Shown here: piece after piece, positions 51,901 to 61,900 of the stretch | Numbering within the stretch: position 1 is the first letter of the stretch | How the letters are laid out: each line of letters begins with the position of its first letter | From: Tubiluchus corallicola | Lineage: Eukaryota > Animalia > Priapulida | Direction: 5' to 3' | NCBI GenBank assembly: GCA_030141605.1 | Contig: JAQGDQ010002396.1 | Location: forward strand, 48,597 to 112,596 | DNA: 64,000 bases | Notes under the pieces: generated by a model | What the model saw: only the letters and a program-made list of their open reading frames with translations | Databases searched by the model: none | What the model was told of the DNA's origin: nothing | Position numbers and translations under genes: made by a program

Positions 51901-52215
51901 CGCCTTTTTCCGTGCCCGGCGTTGTTCCCAGTGACAGCGGAATCGACCAGCCTGGGATTCAAACAAGACCTCGGCATAGCACTCACCGGTCTGGCGGGAC
52001 ATTATCTCATTCCCGCTCTTGGTGATTTTCCCAAGGCGGGGCGTGGCTCCATACAGGGCCAGACAGATGGCATCAAGAATCGTCGACTTGCCCGCACCGG
52101 TCGGACCGGTCAGAGCAAAGATGCCGTTGGATACATATTCGGGATCAGTGAAGTCTATGACCCACTCGCCATAGAGGGAGTTGAGGTTTTTAAATCTGAG
52201 TTCAAGTATCTTCAT
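48958..52215 (-). CDS. sbcC: SbcC/Rad50 ATPase
   Basis: GPTGAGKS, LAQGGF, CPLC zinc hook, LSGGE and FLDEGFG motifs, long coiled coil. Confidence 0.95.
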   Translation of the reverse strand: MKILELRFKNLNSLYGEWVIDFTDPEYVSNGIFALTGPTGAGKSTILDAICLALYGATPRLGKITKSGNEIMSRQTGECYAEVLFESQAGRFRCHWEQRRARKKAEGNLQDQEHQIADDATGKPIETKKSLVGGVIEEKTGMDFDRFTRSILLAQGGFDTFLKADVEQKSKILEQITGTEIYSEISRRVHERQRDEREKLNILNAETSGIVILEPEQEKEIQDELAAKQKQETELAGKSTETGKAITWLTNIENLKKEILSLTDEAAKLKTDTEAFKPERAKLELATKAASLDGTYVSVTSLRKQQADDQTALKTDEDALPELESSENTQTEALKAAEQLTLKAKEELKTAAPLILKIRSLDQKNTEQTKAVSEGADACTKEAAKIDTDKQARVKEQEKRIAAEKTLEAADLYLNENARDEWLISGLAGVEEQFGSLLAKQQEITQKKTDLKKADTTVADATKKLDEASKQCGLKKQELETAGKNLQQGKDALSELLGDKLLREYRTEKETLLREMAFIRKIEELEDHRAKLEDGKPCPLCGSTDHPFAEGNVPVPDEIEQKIESLAKLIDKADEQEAAIKKLEQAETAARKNLNDSEKLETEAANDKKATEKTLTELKDALTKLRTGFEELKQTVSGKLQPLGITEIPETEVKALLESLKSRLKAWQEQAKQKADIEKQIANIDSEVKRLDAVIDTQVKALNEKQETLERLKKELADGTEERKQLYGDKKPDDEEGRLNKAIADAEKAEKNARDLNIELQQKLTTAKTLIDSLKKRIEQRTPELEQSETDFSAALIPAGFAEEKAFLEAILPQEDLESLSSRAKELDDAGTELKAKQKDRETRLATEIAKKLTDKTLEELEPQFKKFEESLKELRDAIAGLKHKLSENTAAKERIKEKQSAIEAQKKECHRWEKLHGLIGSADGKKYRNFAQGLTFELMVSHVNRQLEKMTDRYLLIRDDQQPLELNVVDNYQAGEIRSTKNLSGGESFIVSLTLALGLSKMASRKVRVDSLFLDEGFGTLDEEALETALETLSGLQQDGKLIGIISHVSALKESISTQINITPVSGGRSSLSGPGCTKVVKGE

Positions 52216-52226
52216 AATCAGCCTCT

Positions 52227-53465
52227 CTATTCCGCGTTGACGTCTTCTTCATGGAGAGACGTGATTATTTCGTTGTAGGAGACCGTCAGTTCTACCCGGT
52301 CTTCATCAGGCACCTCAAAGGCATCCAGACAGCGGGTGAAAACATCTCCGGCATCCAGATCATCGAGGGTTTCATCCTCCGCGACCGTACTGATCACCCG
52401 GTCCATGACACGCCTGTTTTTGATCCGGCGGATTTCCATGACTGAGTCGGCCATAGCTTCGTCGAGCATCTCGCGCAGGTTGCCGATGATGTCGCTGCCG
52501 GTGTATTCAATCTCAAGCCATGCAGAGCTTTCTTCTTTTTTGAGTTCCTCCAGCTTTGCATGGATATCATCCAGCGATCCGACAATGCGGACCAGCTTCT
52601 GAAAACAGGGTACGGGGATCTCTTGGATATTTGGCGTGGTGCTGTTGAACTCTATGAGAACGACCTTCTTTTCCTGAGTCGCCTCGCCATATCCCATCGG
52701 GATGGGCGAACCACAATAGCGGATGTGCTCCGCGCTACCGACCGCCTGAGGAACATGCAGATGGCCAAGAGCCAGATAATCAATTGACGAAGGGAACACC
52801 TCCTCACCGACATGCGCCAGCGATCCCACATAAAGCTCCCGGACACCATCACCGTCAACCGTCTTACCGCCTGCCGTGAACAGGTGTCCCATGGCAACGA
52901 TGGGAATGTCATCATGCCAGGCGCTTTTGAATTCGGCTCGTTTCTGTTCCGCAATAGCACAAACATCCGCGTAATGGTTTTGCAGTCCTTCAACGAGCTT
53001 GGCGTTTTTATCGTCGATGGTTTCTCCCGGCTCGACTGTGCGGATGTCCTTGTCCCGCAAATAAGGAACAGCGCAGACAATGGCCTCCGGCTTATCATCC
53101 GTTTGCAGAATAAAGACCTCTTCCTCCAATACATCGGTCATGGAGCCGACCACATATACATTCAGGGCACGCAGCAGTTCCTTCGGGGCATTCAGAAATG
53201 ACGGTGAATCGTGGTTCCCGGCAACGACCACAACATGACGGCAGCAGGATGCAGCCACCCGGCAGAGGAAGCGATAGTAGAGCTCCTGAGCCCTGTTGCT
53301 GGGCGTGCTGGTATCGAACACATCACCGGTAACCAGCAGGGCATCAACCTTTTCATCTTCGATGGTCTGAGCCAGCCAGTCCAGAAAAGATGAGAACTCC
53401 TCATAGCGTTTCCGTCCGTAAAGGGATCGGCCTAAATGCCAGTCTGACGTGTGGAGGATTTTCAT
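52227..53465 (-). CDS. sbcD: SbcD/Mre11 nuclease
   Basis: HTSDWHLG, GDVFD, GNHDS and ALGHLH motifs. Confidence 0.96.
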   Translation of the reverse strand: MKILHTSDWHLGRSLYGRKRYEEFSSFLDWLAQTIEDEKVDALLVTGDVFDTSTPSNRAQELYYRFLCRVAASCCRHVVVVAGNHDSPSFLNAPKELLRALNVYVVGSMTDVLEEEVFILQTDDKPEAIVCAVPYLRDKDIRTVEPGETIDDKNAKLVEGLQNHYADVCAIAEQKRAEFKSAWHDDIPIVAMGHLFTAGGKTVDGDGVRELYVGSLAHVGEEVFPSSIDYLALGHLHVPQAVGSAEHIRYCGSPIPMGYGEATQEKKVVLIEFNSTTPNIQEIPVPCFQKLVRIVGSLDDIHAKLEELKKEESSAWLEIEYTGSDIIGNLREMLDEAMADSVMEIRRIKNRRVMDRVISTVAEDETLDDLDAGDVFTRCLDAFEVPDEDRVELTVSYNEIITSLHEEDVNAE

Positions 53466-55729
53466 TTGACCACCAACTCTTTCATTTGGTCAAAATGACG
53501 GCCGTCATCTTTTTGAATTAACCCAAGTAGATCCTTCAACACCGTCTTGGTTTCAATCAGAATTGATGGGTCATGTTCAGGATCAGAGATCTGTCCAGCA
53601 TGGGAGTGAGTATGGAGGAATCTCAGAATTCTAGTTTTCTTTGCGACATCGAAATCGATTAGATCAAGCTGTTGACGTAGTTCACCAGATTTGGACGGTT
53701 GTCGAAATGCGAGAAACGATTCCAAAAGCCTCCGTGCGACATTAGGAAGATGGTAATTCTGCTGCAAATCACCCTCTGCTTCAGAATTAGCAGCCTCATA
53801 CACGAGACTGAAAAGATAGTGATATTCCGATTCGTACTCGTGTAATAAACTGTCGAGTTTTGATATAGAAGAAGAACGATGTCCTCCGTTTACATGACTT
53901 GTTAGCATGTAAAACCTACCCGGTCTCACATTGACGTCCTTTTTTTTCTGGTTGGGTAAATGATTAAACCAGTTTTTAATTTGGCGGAAGAATGAGTGGC
54001 TATGTGTAAGAATAAAAAGTTGGCCAGCGTCTTTGGTCCTGTCTTTCATGAACCCAAAAGCATGGAATAGTGCATTACTATCTAAGCTGGAAACAGGATC
54101 GTCTATTACGACAATACCGTCTCTCAAGGAAAAGGACTTATCACCGAGAGATTTGAGAAAGTACAAGAAGGCAATTGCTGTCCTTTCACCTTCGCTCAGG
54201 TTTTCAGCTGGATTTCCGTTACGGCTGATTTGATAGCCGGTGCCCTGTATTTCAAAGGTAAGCTCATCCCGGCCAAGGTATGAACAAATATCGGTATTCA
54301 ATTCATCAGCAGGCCTGCGGTGCTCCTCTATATCCTTTTCAATTTCTCGAACTTGAGTTTTTAGCGATTTGGTCTTATCAGATACATCCTGAAGAGCTGT
54401 GCTTGCCGTATCAATTTCATTCTTTTTCGTTTGATACTCCGTAAGGCTTTGCGCTACCTGAGATTCTTCTATCGCAGTCCTCGCTGTACTGATAGCAGTC
54501 TCAAACTCGTCGGTCTCTTGATTGTGCTTACTGATCACCGCATTTAAATCAGAAATAGCACTCGCGGCACCTGTACAGATGTCAAAGCTTCGGTCAATTG
54601 ACTGAAATGGTTTTTGTGCTTTGTCTTTAAGGGCAGCAAGGAGAGTTTCCAGATACTCCTTGAGCCTGCGAATTTCGTCAGAAAGGTCTTGGCACCGATC
54701 GTCGAACTCACTTTTTAAATGATCATATAGACCAAGCCGATTTGGTGGTGAGCATGAATTCAAAGATTCTATCGCTGATTTTACGGCCGCACATTGCCTC
54801 TCGATTTCGGCTATAAATGCGTTGTATTTGTCGTTGAAGTGAGCATCCAACTCTTTGATACGGCCATCTGGCAATGGCTGTCCGCAAAAAAGACAGTCAT
54901 TGGAACTATCTTTTTTATGCTTTGCCAGACCAGTCTTCACCCATCCCGAAAGCTCCGTGTCGTTTTTAAGCGTCTCGATAACCGCAGAGACCACTGTTTT
55001 CTTGAGTAATGCAACGACTTGATCTGTCAATTGTCGGGTATCAGGGAAATCAAATTTGAGAATATTTATTTTAGGCAGTGGCGTAGATTCTTTCTTCTTT
55101 TTCTGAGCATCAAGATCGGATTCGTCCAAGACCTTTGCTGTTTGCTCAGCATCAGAAAGCCTAAGCAGTTCATCACACTTCACCTGATATGAGCCCTTGT
55201 GGTAGTTGTTGTAGGGATTGTTCCCGCCAGATGAACTCAACAGGTCTCTAATCAACTTGGCACGTTCTTTCTTGAAGTCATCAAGAGTTTTTTCTAACCG
55301 GCGCTTCTCTGCTTCCTTTTCGCGCCCTTCTTTCTCGGCAAGGTCGATGTCGCCCTTGAGCTTTTCGACCTGTTTTTGCTTCTCAATGTTTTCCTCACCC
55401 AAAAAGAAAATGGGAGCGACTGCCCCATGACTGGTAAACACATTGTCAGCAATGAAGCCTTTATTGAAGACGCGGACTTGAGGAAGCCCCTGAGCCGTTG
55501 CAAGATTCGCCCCGTCCACCTTGTTTCCGTCAATGACAAATTCCACTTGCCCCTCGGATATGGGCGCTTGCTTCTCTATTGAGCGGAACAGGTTAGAAAG
55601 TGTTGATTTCCCGGTGCCATTCCATCCGTAGAAAAGGTTTTTCTCCTTAAAATCCAGTAGGTCTTGAGGCCAAGCAAACCCACTGAAAATACGGTGGTTC
55701 TTAATTTTGTTAATGCGCTCAATGGCCAT
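53462..55729 (-). CDS. RloC-like anticodon nuclease (AAA_13 ABC ATPase, zinc hook, HEPN)
   Basis: YGWNGTGKS, CLFC hook, LSEGE, IDDPVSSLD and LTHS; HEPN motifs NVARRLLE and RFLHTHSH; next to a type III R-M. Confidence 0.8.
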   Translation of the reverse strand: MAIERINKIKNHRIFSGFAWPQDLLDFKEKNLFYGWNGTGKSTLSNLFRSIEKQAPISEGQVEFVIDGNKVDGANLATAQGLPQVRVFNKGFIADNVFTSHGAVAPIFFLGEENIEKQKQVEKLKGDIDLAEKEGREKEAEKRRLEKTLDDFKKERAKLIRDLLSSSGGNNPYNNYHKGSYQVKCDELLRLSDAEQTAKVLDESDLDAQKKKKESTPLPKINILKFDFPDTRQLTDQVVALLKKTVVSAVIETLKNDTELSGWVKTGLAKHKKDSSNDCLFCGQPLPDGRIKELDAHFNDKYNAFIAEIERQCAAVKSAIESLNSCSPPNRLGLYDHLKSEFDDRCQDLSDEIRRLKEYLETLLAALKDKAQKPFQSIDRSFDICTGAASAISDLNAVISKHNQETDEFETAISTARTAIEESQVAQSLTEYQTKKNEIDTASTALQDVSDKTKSLKTQVREIEKDIEEHRRPADELNTDICSYLGRDELTFEIQGTGYQISRNGNPAENLSEGERTAIAFLYFLKSLGDKSFSLRDGIVVIDDPVSSLDSNALFHAFGFMKDRTKDAGQLFILTHSHSFFRQIKNWFNHLPNQKKKDVNVRPGRFYMLTSHVNGGHRSSSISKLDSLLHEYESEYHYLFSLVYEAANSEAEGDLQQNYHLPNVARRLLESFLAFRQPSKSGELRQQLDLIDFDVAKKTRILRFLHTHSHAGQISDPEHDPSILIETKTVLKDLLGLIQKDDGRHFDQMKELVVK

Positions 55730-58700
55730 AGACAGCACCCCTCAACGTATCAAACAGTTTGTCTATGTACCCATCCCGGTCATCCGTCATGAAGAGTACA
55801 TGATTGGCTTCTATCTCATCCTGCGGGATTCCCCAACGAAGCTGGGGGTATTTTGTCCACGACAGAATGAAACTGTTGAGAATGACATCCGGGTTGGCAA
55901 ATCGGCTTTCGATATCTTTGATGCGCTTGTGAAATTGCACCTTCTCGCTGGCTGGACCTTCGTGGAGCAGCCCGTGCGGCTCAATGAAGGTGACATATTG
56001 TTTGCCATCAACAATCATCCACAGAATAAAGTCGGGATGAAAATTACCCGCTTCAAAAAAGCCGACGCCTTTTCCGCGACTTAGATTCCGGAGCAAAAAG
56101 AGTTCTGCCCCGTCCTTTTGAAGCTCCGCCGCATTGGTTTCGGACCATTCTTTTAGATCCGTCACAAACTGAAATTCACTTTCATTCAGCGCGACCGGCA
56201 GAATCGTGATTTTCCCATTTTTTCTTACATGGAAAAGCGGCTGGAAAAGATGCATTCCGAAGCGACATGCCTGGAGTTCACCTGCTTTAAGCAGTGATTG
56301 TTTGTTTTCCTCCAATTCCTTTTTGAGCTTTTCAATGGCCAGGATTACCTGTTCTTCACTGCCATCAACTATGAGCTGATAAAAATCTTCCTGAGGGATA
56401 TTGTCATCTTCCGGCGTAAGCTCCCGGAGCTCAAGGCGCGGCTCAATAAATGACCGTTTGCAATAGTTGTAATAGTGATCACAGAATCGTTTGAGCAGCT
56501 CAGCAGCCACCTGCTGCAGCAACGAAACGTCATCAAATCCAGCCGGTTCCAATCGGGCCGTCGGAAGAAAAAGGGTGTACCATGTTTTATCCGTAAGGAG
56601 CTTTTGAATACCTGTTTTATCAATATTCAGGTTGTACCAACTTCTTTCACGCTTGAACTGCTCAAGCTCAAAGTACAATTCATCCGTGTTCAGTAGAGAG
56701 ATATGCCTATCTGCTAACTTCACATCATCTTTTTTAGTCGCCTCAGCAGTCTTCTTTGAGTGGATGGACTGAATACGCGGATACCAGTCAGACACTACCG
56801 GGTGCAGCTGAAGGTGCTCTGTTAGCTGACCAAGGCTGGGGACGGGAGCATCCTTCTTAAAGTCATATTCTTTTCCGTCATCCGCCTTCCGTTTTGGCCT
56901 GATAATCTGCAACTTCTTGCCGAAGTCATAGGTGATATTCAGCGGTATGGTAAACACACGTCTCCGCTCATTGCCAGGCAATCCTTCATCGGCAAGGAAT
57001 TGGCGGAATTTCTCCATAAAATCGGCTTCCACACCGAATACGTTTAGAGTTTCGAGTTCCTCGATATATTGAGGAATTGACGGAGCATAGCTGTGACCGC
57101 TTCGTTTGAGGCTCCAATCGTATCCCTTCAGTCGCACGCCACGTCCAAAGAGCTGAATAATCTGCGCCCCTTCGCTTTTACCAACGTGCATCAAACCAAG
57201 GGTACTCACTCGCCAACAGTCCCAGCCTTCGACAAATTTCTTCGATCCAATAAGCAGGTTAACCGGGGACGAGGAATCCTTGACCGTATCGAAGGTGGCT
57301 TCCGAAAAATCGCTATCCTCAACCGCCAGTGACAAACCATCCTGCTTGGCCACGCCTTCAATGTGATCCGCAAGGGCTTTGGCATCGCCAACGTTAATCA
57401 GCCCGAAAGGCGTTTCTGATGTGCCGACCCGCAGCGCAATTTCCCCGGATTCTCCTTTCACACGATCAAGGGCCAGATGTCCGCCGGTGTTTGTGTTGAA
57501 CAGGCGCTTCAGGATATTTTTGTAAAGATCGTCATAGGAAAGCCCTGCATTTATTGTTTTGGCCAGCCATGTAAATGAGCCTTCAAAAATATCAACGCCA
57601 TTGCTGTCCAACAGACCTGTGTCCTGTCCGTTTCCGGTTAGGATTTCCTCCATACGCTTACAGGCTTTATCTTTGCTCGAAAGGAAATCGGCAATAAATG
57701 CGATGATCTGGGCCACATCGGTAGCAACAATCTGTTCGTCCTTCCCGAGCTTGCCACCGGTTACGGTGCTCCCAACCAAAACCCATAAAGGCTTCTCAAT
57801 ATTAAAAGGATGCAATGTCTGGTTCTTGTCCTCATAGATATCAAGCTGCTGATAGAATTTGAGCAGACAGGCCGTTAAGTAGACAGCCTTGGTCTCATCA
57901 AAGGATTTCGGCAGGTTAAGAATCTGGTAGTCTTTGCCAAAGCCATCCTCATAAAACCATCGGTATGAGTAGTCGAAAACAACCGTCTTTGCATAATCGT
58001 CTTCATGCCCCGTACCGGAAACGGCCTGATCAAAGGTTGCTGAGTATTCGAAGGTAAAACATTTTTCACACAGCATGGCGCGGTTTTTAAACCATGCGTT
58101 TTCATCAGCCTTGGCATTTTTTCCAGAAAGGCCACGATGCCCTTCGTCAACAAGCAGCAGATTCTGATCACCAAGACTGCGTGTTGCAATCGTGTTGGGG
58201 CCTTCCTTGTCGCCCAACTTGGTAATTTCCAGAACATCCACGCGGGAAAGCCCCTGCGCCTGCGTAAACAGACTATGGTCTTCCTTTGAAAAATTGGATG
58301 CACCAATATTACTCTCGGAAAACTCGGCAATATGTTGTTCGCTCAATCGCTCATTCGGTGAGATAAGAACTGCTCTGGAGAGGTCCTTCTCTTTGCCGTA
58401 TTTTTTGGAGTAATGCTTATACTGCAGGTAATTGACATGCATCAGCAGCGTTTTGCCTGAACCGGTGGCATTCTGCAAAGAGAGCTTGTTCAGCTCATCT
58501 TCATTGAAATAATCCATATCAGCATATTCCGGCCAACGGCTATTAAAGCGGTCAACATACTCGTTCAATGCTGCGAGCAAAGACTCCCGGTCACTGAAAT
58601 AGCGATCGAGATAGATTTCAACAAACAGAAGCGAAAGCCACTGATAATACTTCCAGACCACCGGACGATGACGCTTGGCATTGATCGCTTGGGTGTGATG

Positions 58701-58985
58701 GACAATGTTCTCTTCGTAAGCGAGCAGTTGCGTCTTGCTTAGTTCCGTTACATCATCCCAAAACAGGTTGCTGTTAACCAGTGCATGGTAAAAGTTATGC
58801 AGATTATCCTTATCCAAGCCTTCCAGCCTGGGATCACGAATAGGCTCAGCCAGTTTGTGAAATGGACGCTTCTTTGCGCCTTCCCGGAGGGGATCAATGC
58901 CGAACAAGCTCATCAGCCACTGATTCAGGAGAAGCTTGTCCCTGAACTTATGCTGTTTCGGTCCTTTGGATTTTCGTTTTGCCAT
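55719..58985 (-). CDS. Type III restriction enzyme Res subunit
   Basis: ATGSGKT, VDEGH, YSATF, FVEGWD, QLFGRGVR helicase motifs; C-terminal PDFILW...IEPHG nuclease motif. Confidence 0.88.
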   Translation of the reverse strand: MAKRKSKGPKQHKFRDKLLLNQWLMSLFGIDPLREGAKKRPFHKLAEPIRDPRLEGLDKDNLHNFYHALVNSNLFWDDVTELSKTQLLAYEENIVHHTQAINAKRHRPVVWKYYQWLSLLFVEIYLDRYFSDRESLLAALNEYVDRFNSRWPEYADMDYFNEDELNKLSLQNATGSGKTLLMHVNYLQYKHYSKKYGKEKDLSRAVLISPNERLSEQHIAEFSESNIGASNFSKEDHSLFTQAQGLSRVDVLEITKLGDKEGPNTIATRSLGDQNLLLVDEGHRGLSGKNAKADENAWFKNRAMLCEKCFTFEYSATFDQAVSGTGHEDDYAKTVVFDYSYRWFYEDGFGKDYQILNLPKSFDETKAVYLTACLLKFYQQLDIYEDKNQTLHPFNIEKPLWVLVGSTVTGGKLGKDEQIVATDVAQIIAFIADFLSSKDKACKRMEEILTGNGQDTGLLDSNGVDIFEGSFTWLAKTINAGLSYDDLYKNILKRLFNTNTGGHLALDRVKGESGEIALRVGTSETPFGLINVGDAKALADHIEGVAKQDGLSLAVEDSDFSEATFDTVKDSSSPVNLLIGSKKFVEGWDCWRVSTLGLMHVGKSEGAQIIQLFGRGVRLKGYDWSLKRSGHSYAPSIPQYIEELETLNVFGVEADFMEKFRQFLADEGLPGNERRRVFTIPLNITYDFGKKLQIIRPKRKADDGKEYDFKKDAPVPSLGQLTEHLQLHPVVSDWYPRIQSIHSKKTAEATKKDDVKLADRHISLLNTDELYFELEQFKRERSWYNLNIDKTGIQKLLTDKTWYTLFLPTARLEPAGFDDVSLLQQVAAELLKRFCDHYYNYCKRSFIEPRLELRELTPEDDNIPQEDFYQLIVDGSEEQVILAIEKLKKELEENKQSLLKAGELQACRFGMHLFQPLFHVRKNGKITILPVALNESEFQFVTDLKEWSETNAAELQKDGAELFLLRNLSRGKGVGFFEAGNFHPDFILWMIVDGKQYVTFIEPHGLLHEGPASEKVQFHKRIKDIESRFANPDVILNSFILSWTKYPQLRWGIPQDEIEANHVLFMTDDRDGYIDKLFDTLRGAVYGH

Positions 58986-61900
58986 TATGCCTCTCCTCCA
59001 ACTTCCCACATTTTCTTGTGGAACTCCTCTTCAATGAGGCGGACCTTCCAGTTCTCGTCATCCTTTTTCAGGTTGGGTAGGTTGTTGGAGCCGTTGACAT
59101 AGATGGTGTCGTATTCAAAGTCACGGGTGGATATGCGGTATTTCTCGAACCACTCGTCCAGCATCAGGTTGTCTTCTTCCAGATTGCCCGTGAGCTTTCG
59201 CCACACGATCAGTACACGCTCTTTCTGGCCGTTGTTCGGGTTCATGGGATCGGCAGGCACCCAGCCTTCCAGTTTGCGGAGCCACCATTTACCATCAGCG
59301 GTTTGCTGAATTTTTCCATCCACCACCAGTTTGGTGTGCTGGTCTTCGGGCAGTTCTGGATCGGGTTTGCGGGTAAAGCTGGCGGTAAAGGTCTGCGGGG
59401 CGGCCATGTTTTCAAGGCGCAGGCCGAGCAGGTAATTAAAGGTTTCAATCAGGTCAATGTGTTGTTTGACCTGCTCATCACTGCCGGGCTTTTTAACCAC
59501 AAGGGCATAGGCCGTTGGATCGGCAAAGGCATCGATATTGAGCAAGCTTTGACTGCCCCGGGTTTCCACATTCAGCAGATAGCGGAGCATGTAGTCCTCT
59601 TTAAGCGATGGATTGCTTTCGATGGCTTTGCCACGAACAGGATTCTCATCAAAGACAAGGTTGTTCAGGGTGTCTTCGTAGGATTCAAGACGGATGTATT
59701 TGAAGCACTGTGAGATGCCTGTGTCACGACTGGTTGGCTTGCCACCCTTCCAGTCTGATGAGTAGATGACCTTGGTGATGCGCGGTTTGAGTACATTGTC
59801 GAAGTGATTGCCCATTTCAACAAGGATGAACTTACGTTTCCCGTTGTCTTCACGATTCATTTTTATTGTAGCGTGAGCTGTTGTTCCAGATCCTGAAAAA
59901 TAATCTATAACTAATGCGTCAGAAAAATCTCTGACTCCAGCCACGGACAGACAATCAAATACTGCATATATAGATTTTGGGTAATCAAATATTTCTTGAG
60001 TACCAAAGATTGATTTCAACAGAGCTGTCCCATGTTCAGTTGCTGAGTACTTTGAATCTTCCCATAAAGTGGTTGGCTGAACTCCGTCATTAGGACGACG
60101 GCGATAATATATTCTCAATACGCCGTCTTGTTCTTTGGCTTTAAATTCAGATTCAATTTTACGAGCTCTTTCAACTCCAAAATACCAACATCCATCTGTA
60201 CCATCATCTTTTACGGGAAAAACCGATACTTCATCTTTTTGGAGGGCATCCTTTAATAAATATGCTTGAGATTTTTCATCATATTCCATATCAGGCAACC
60301 GCAGCCCACCTGTACTTTTGTTTAAAAAGAACGGGTAGTACATTGTGGGACGATTGTGACGGTTTGAATTCGATCCGGCTTTTCGGAACAATTCCCAAAA
60401 GAAGACTCCTTTGTCATCCTTTTCGCGATACCTAGCCCTTTGGGTATCGGAGTGGGTAAGTCTTGCTATGGGGTAAGAAGCGTTTGTTTTCGCAAACAGG
60501 GCATATTCGTGTGATATGGCAAAGCCATTTGGAATAGGTCTTCCTGAAGGTTTTATTCGTATTGATACAGAACCTGCTAAATCCTTATAGAGGTTTTCAA
60601 CTAGAAGACCGAACTCTTTGTATTCTACATCGTCAATGGTGCCACAAAATACCCCATTACTGCTCGAAAGCAAATGCTTGGAACTCTTTAGGCCATTGTC
60701 GATTAAAGATAGCCATGAGGCATGCTTGTAATCATTTTTATAAAGGATCTCTGATGCCGAAGTATTATATGGTGGATCAATATAGACACACTTCACCTGC
60801 TCCCGATACCGCTCCTGCAAAAGGTTCAACGCCTGAAAATTCTCCGAATGAATCAGCAATCCATCACACTGTTCATCAAAATCCTCGATTGATGCAATCA
60901 ACCTTGCCTTAAAGTCACTATTGAAAAATGCCGTATCCAACACAAGGAATTTTAGATTTTTGATTTGTGATTGCTGATTGTTTGGTTCGGCTTCTAGCTT
61001 GAATTCTTCTTCACTCTCAAATCTCAAATCAGCATTCAGCAATTCTCTGATTTGTTCAATTTCGTCTTCCTCGGTAAATCCCAGCTTCACCCATTCGGCA
61101 AACTGAGCGTCATTGCTTGCAACTTCAGGGAACAAATCAGGTTTAACTCGATCCAGCGTAATGCAGTAGTTGGTCTCGGTGACGAACTTCTTTTTCAGCC
61201 AGAGCTTCTTCTGAAAATCTTCAAGCTGGGCGAGGAAGTCGATCAGCTTGGTGGCAATCTTGCGGATGACCTTGAGCTTGGCCAGATAGTTTTCCACGGC
61301 GGGGGCATCGGCATTTTCGATATCATCAAGATGCATCACCTCGTTTTTGATATAGAAGTCCAGCTCTCGTTTCAGGAAGCCTGAAAGGTCTTTATGGATG
61401 AAGTAGTCGCAGGTGTTGCGGGCGGTATACTGGTTGATGTATTTCGCCAAGAGCGGTCTGTTGGAAATCTTGTCTGTTGGCGCATGCAAACCCAATGTGC
61501 TGAGATATTCTTTGGCGTTCGCTAATCCGGAAGCGGCCTCAATGACCTTTTCGGCGATCGCCAGATTCGGCATATCCCCTTTGTTCAGGCTCTTGCCGAA
61601 TTTTTCTTTGAGAGCCTTCTCTATCTCGGTATCAACGTTATTTTTCCCACCGGGAAGCGCTTTGTATTCAAAATTGATAACCAACTCATCTGCATCATTG
61701 AACTCAACCGGATTTTCCTCGTGCAGTACGAAAAACCGCTTTTTATCTTCAGCAGCCTTCACATTGCCATGCTCACCTTCGCTGGCATCGACAATACGGA
61801 AATGCATCTTGAGCGTTTTTTCGGGGATACCGTTTAGGACCTTTTCTCCATCCGACATCTTGCGGATTTCAGCAGCCTGGGTAATATCGAAGCTGTAGTT

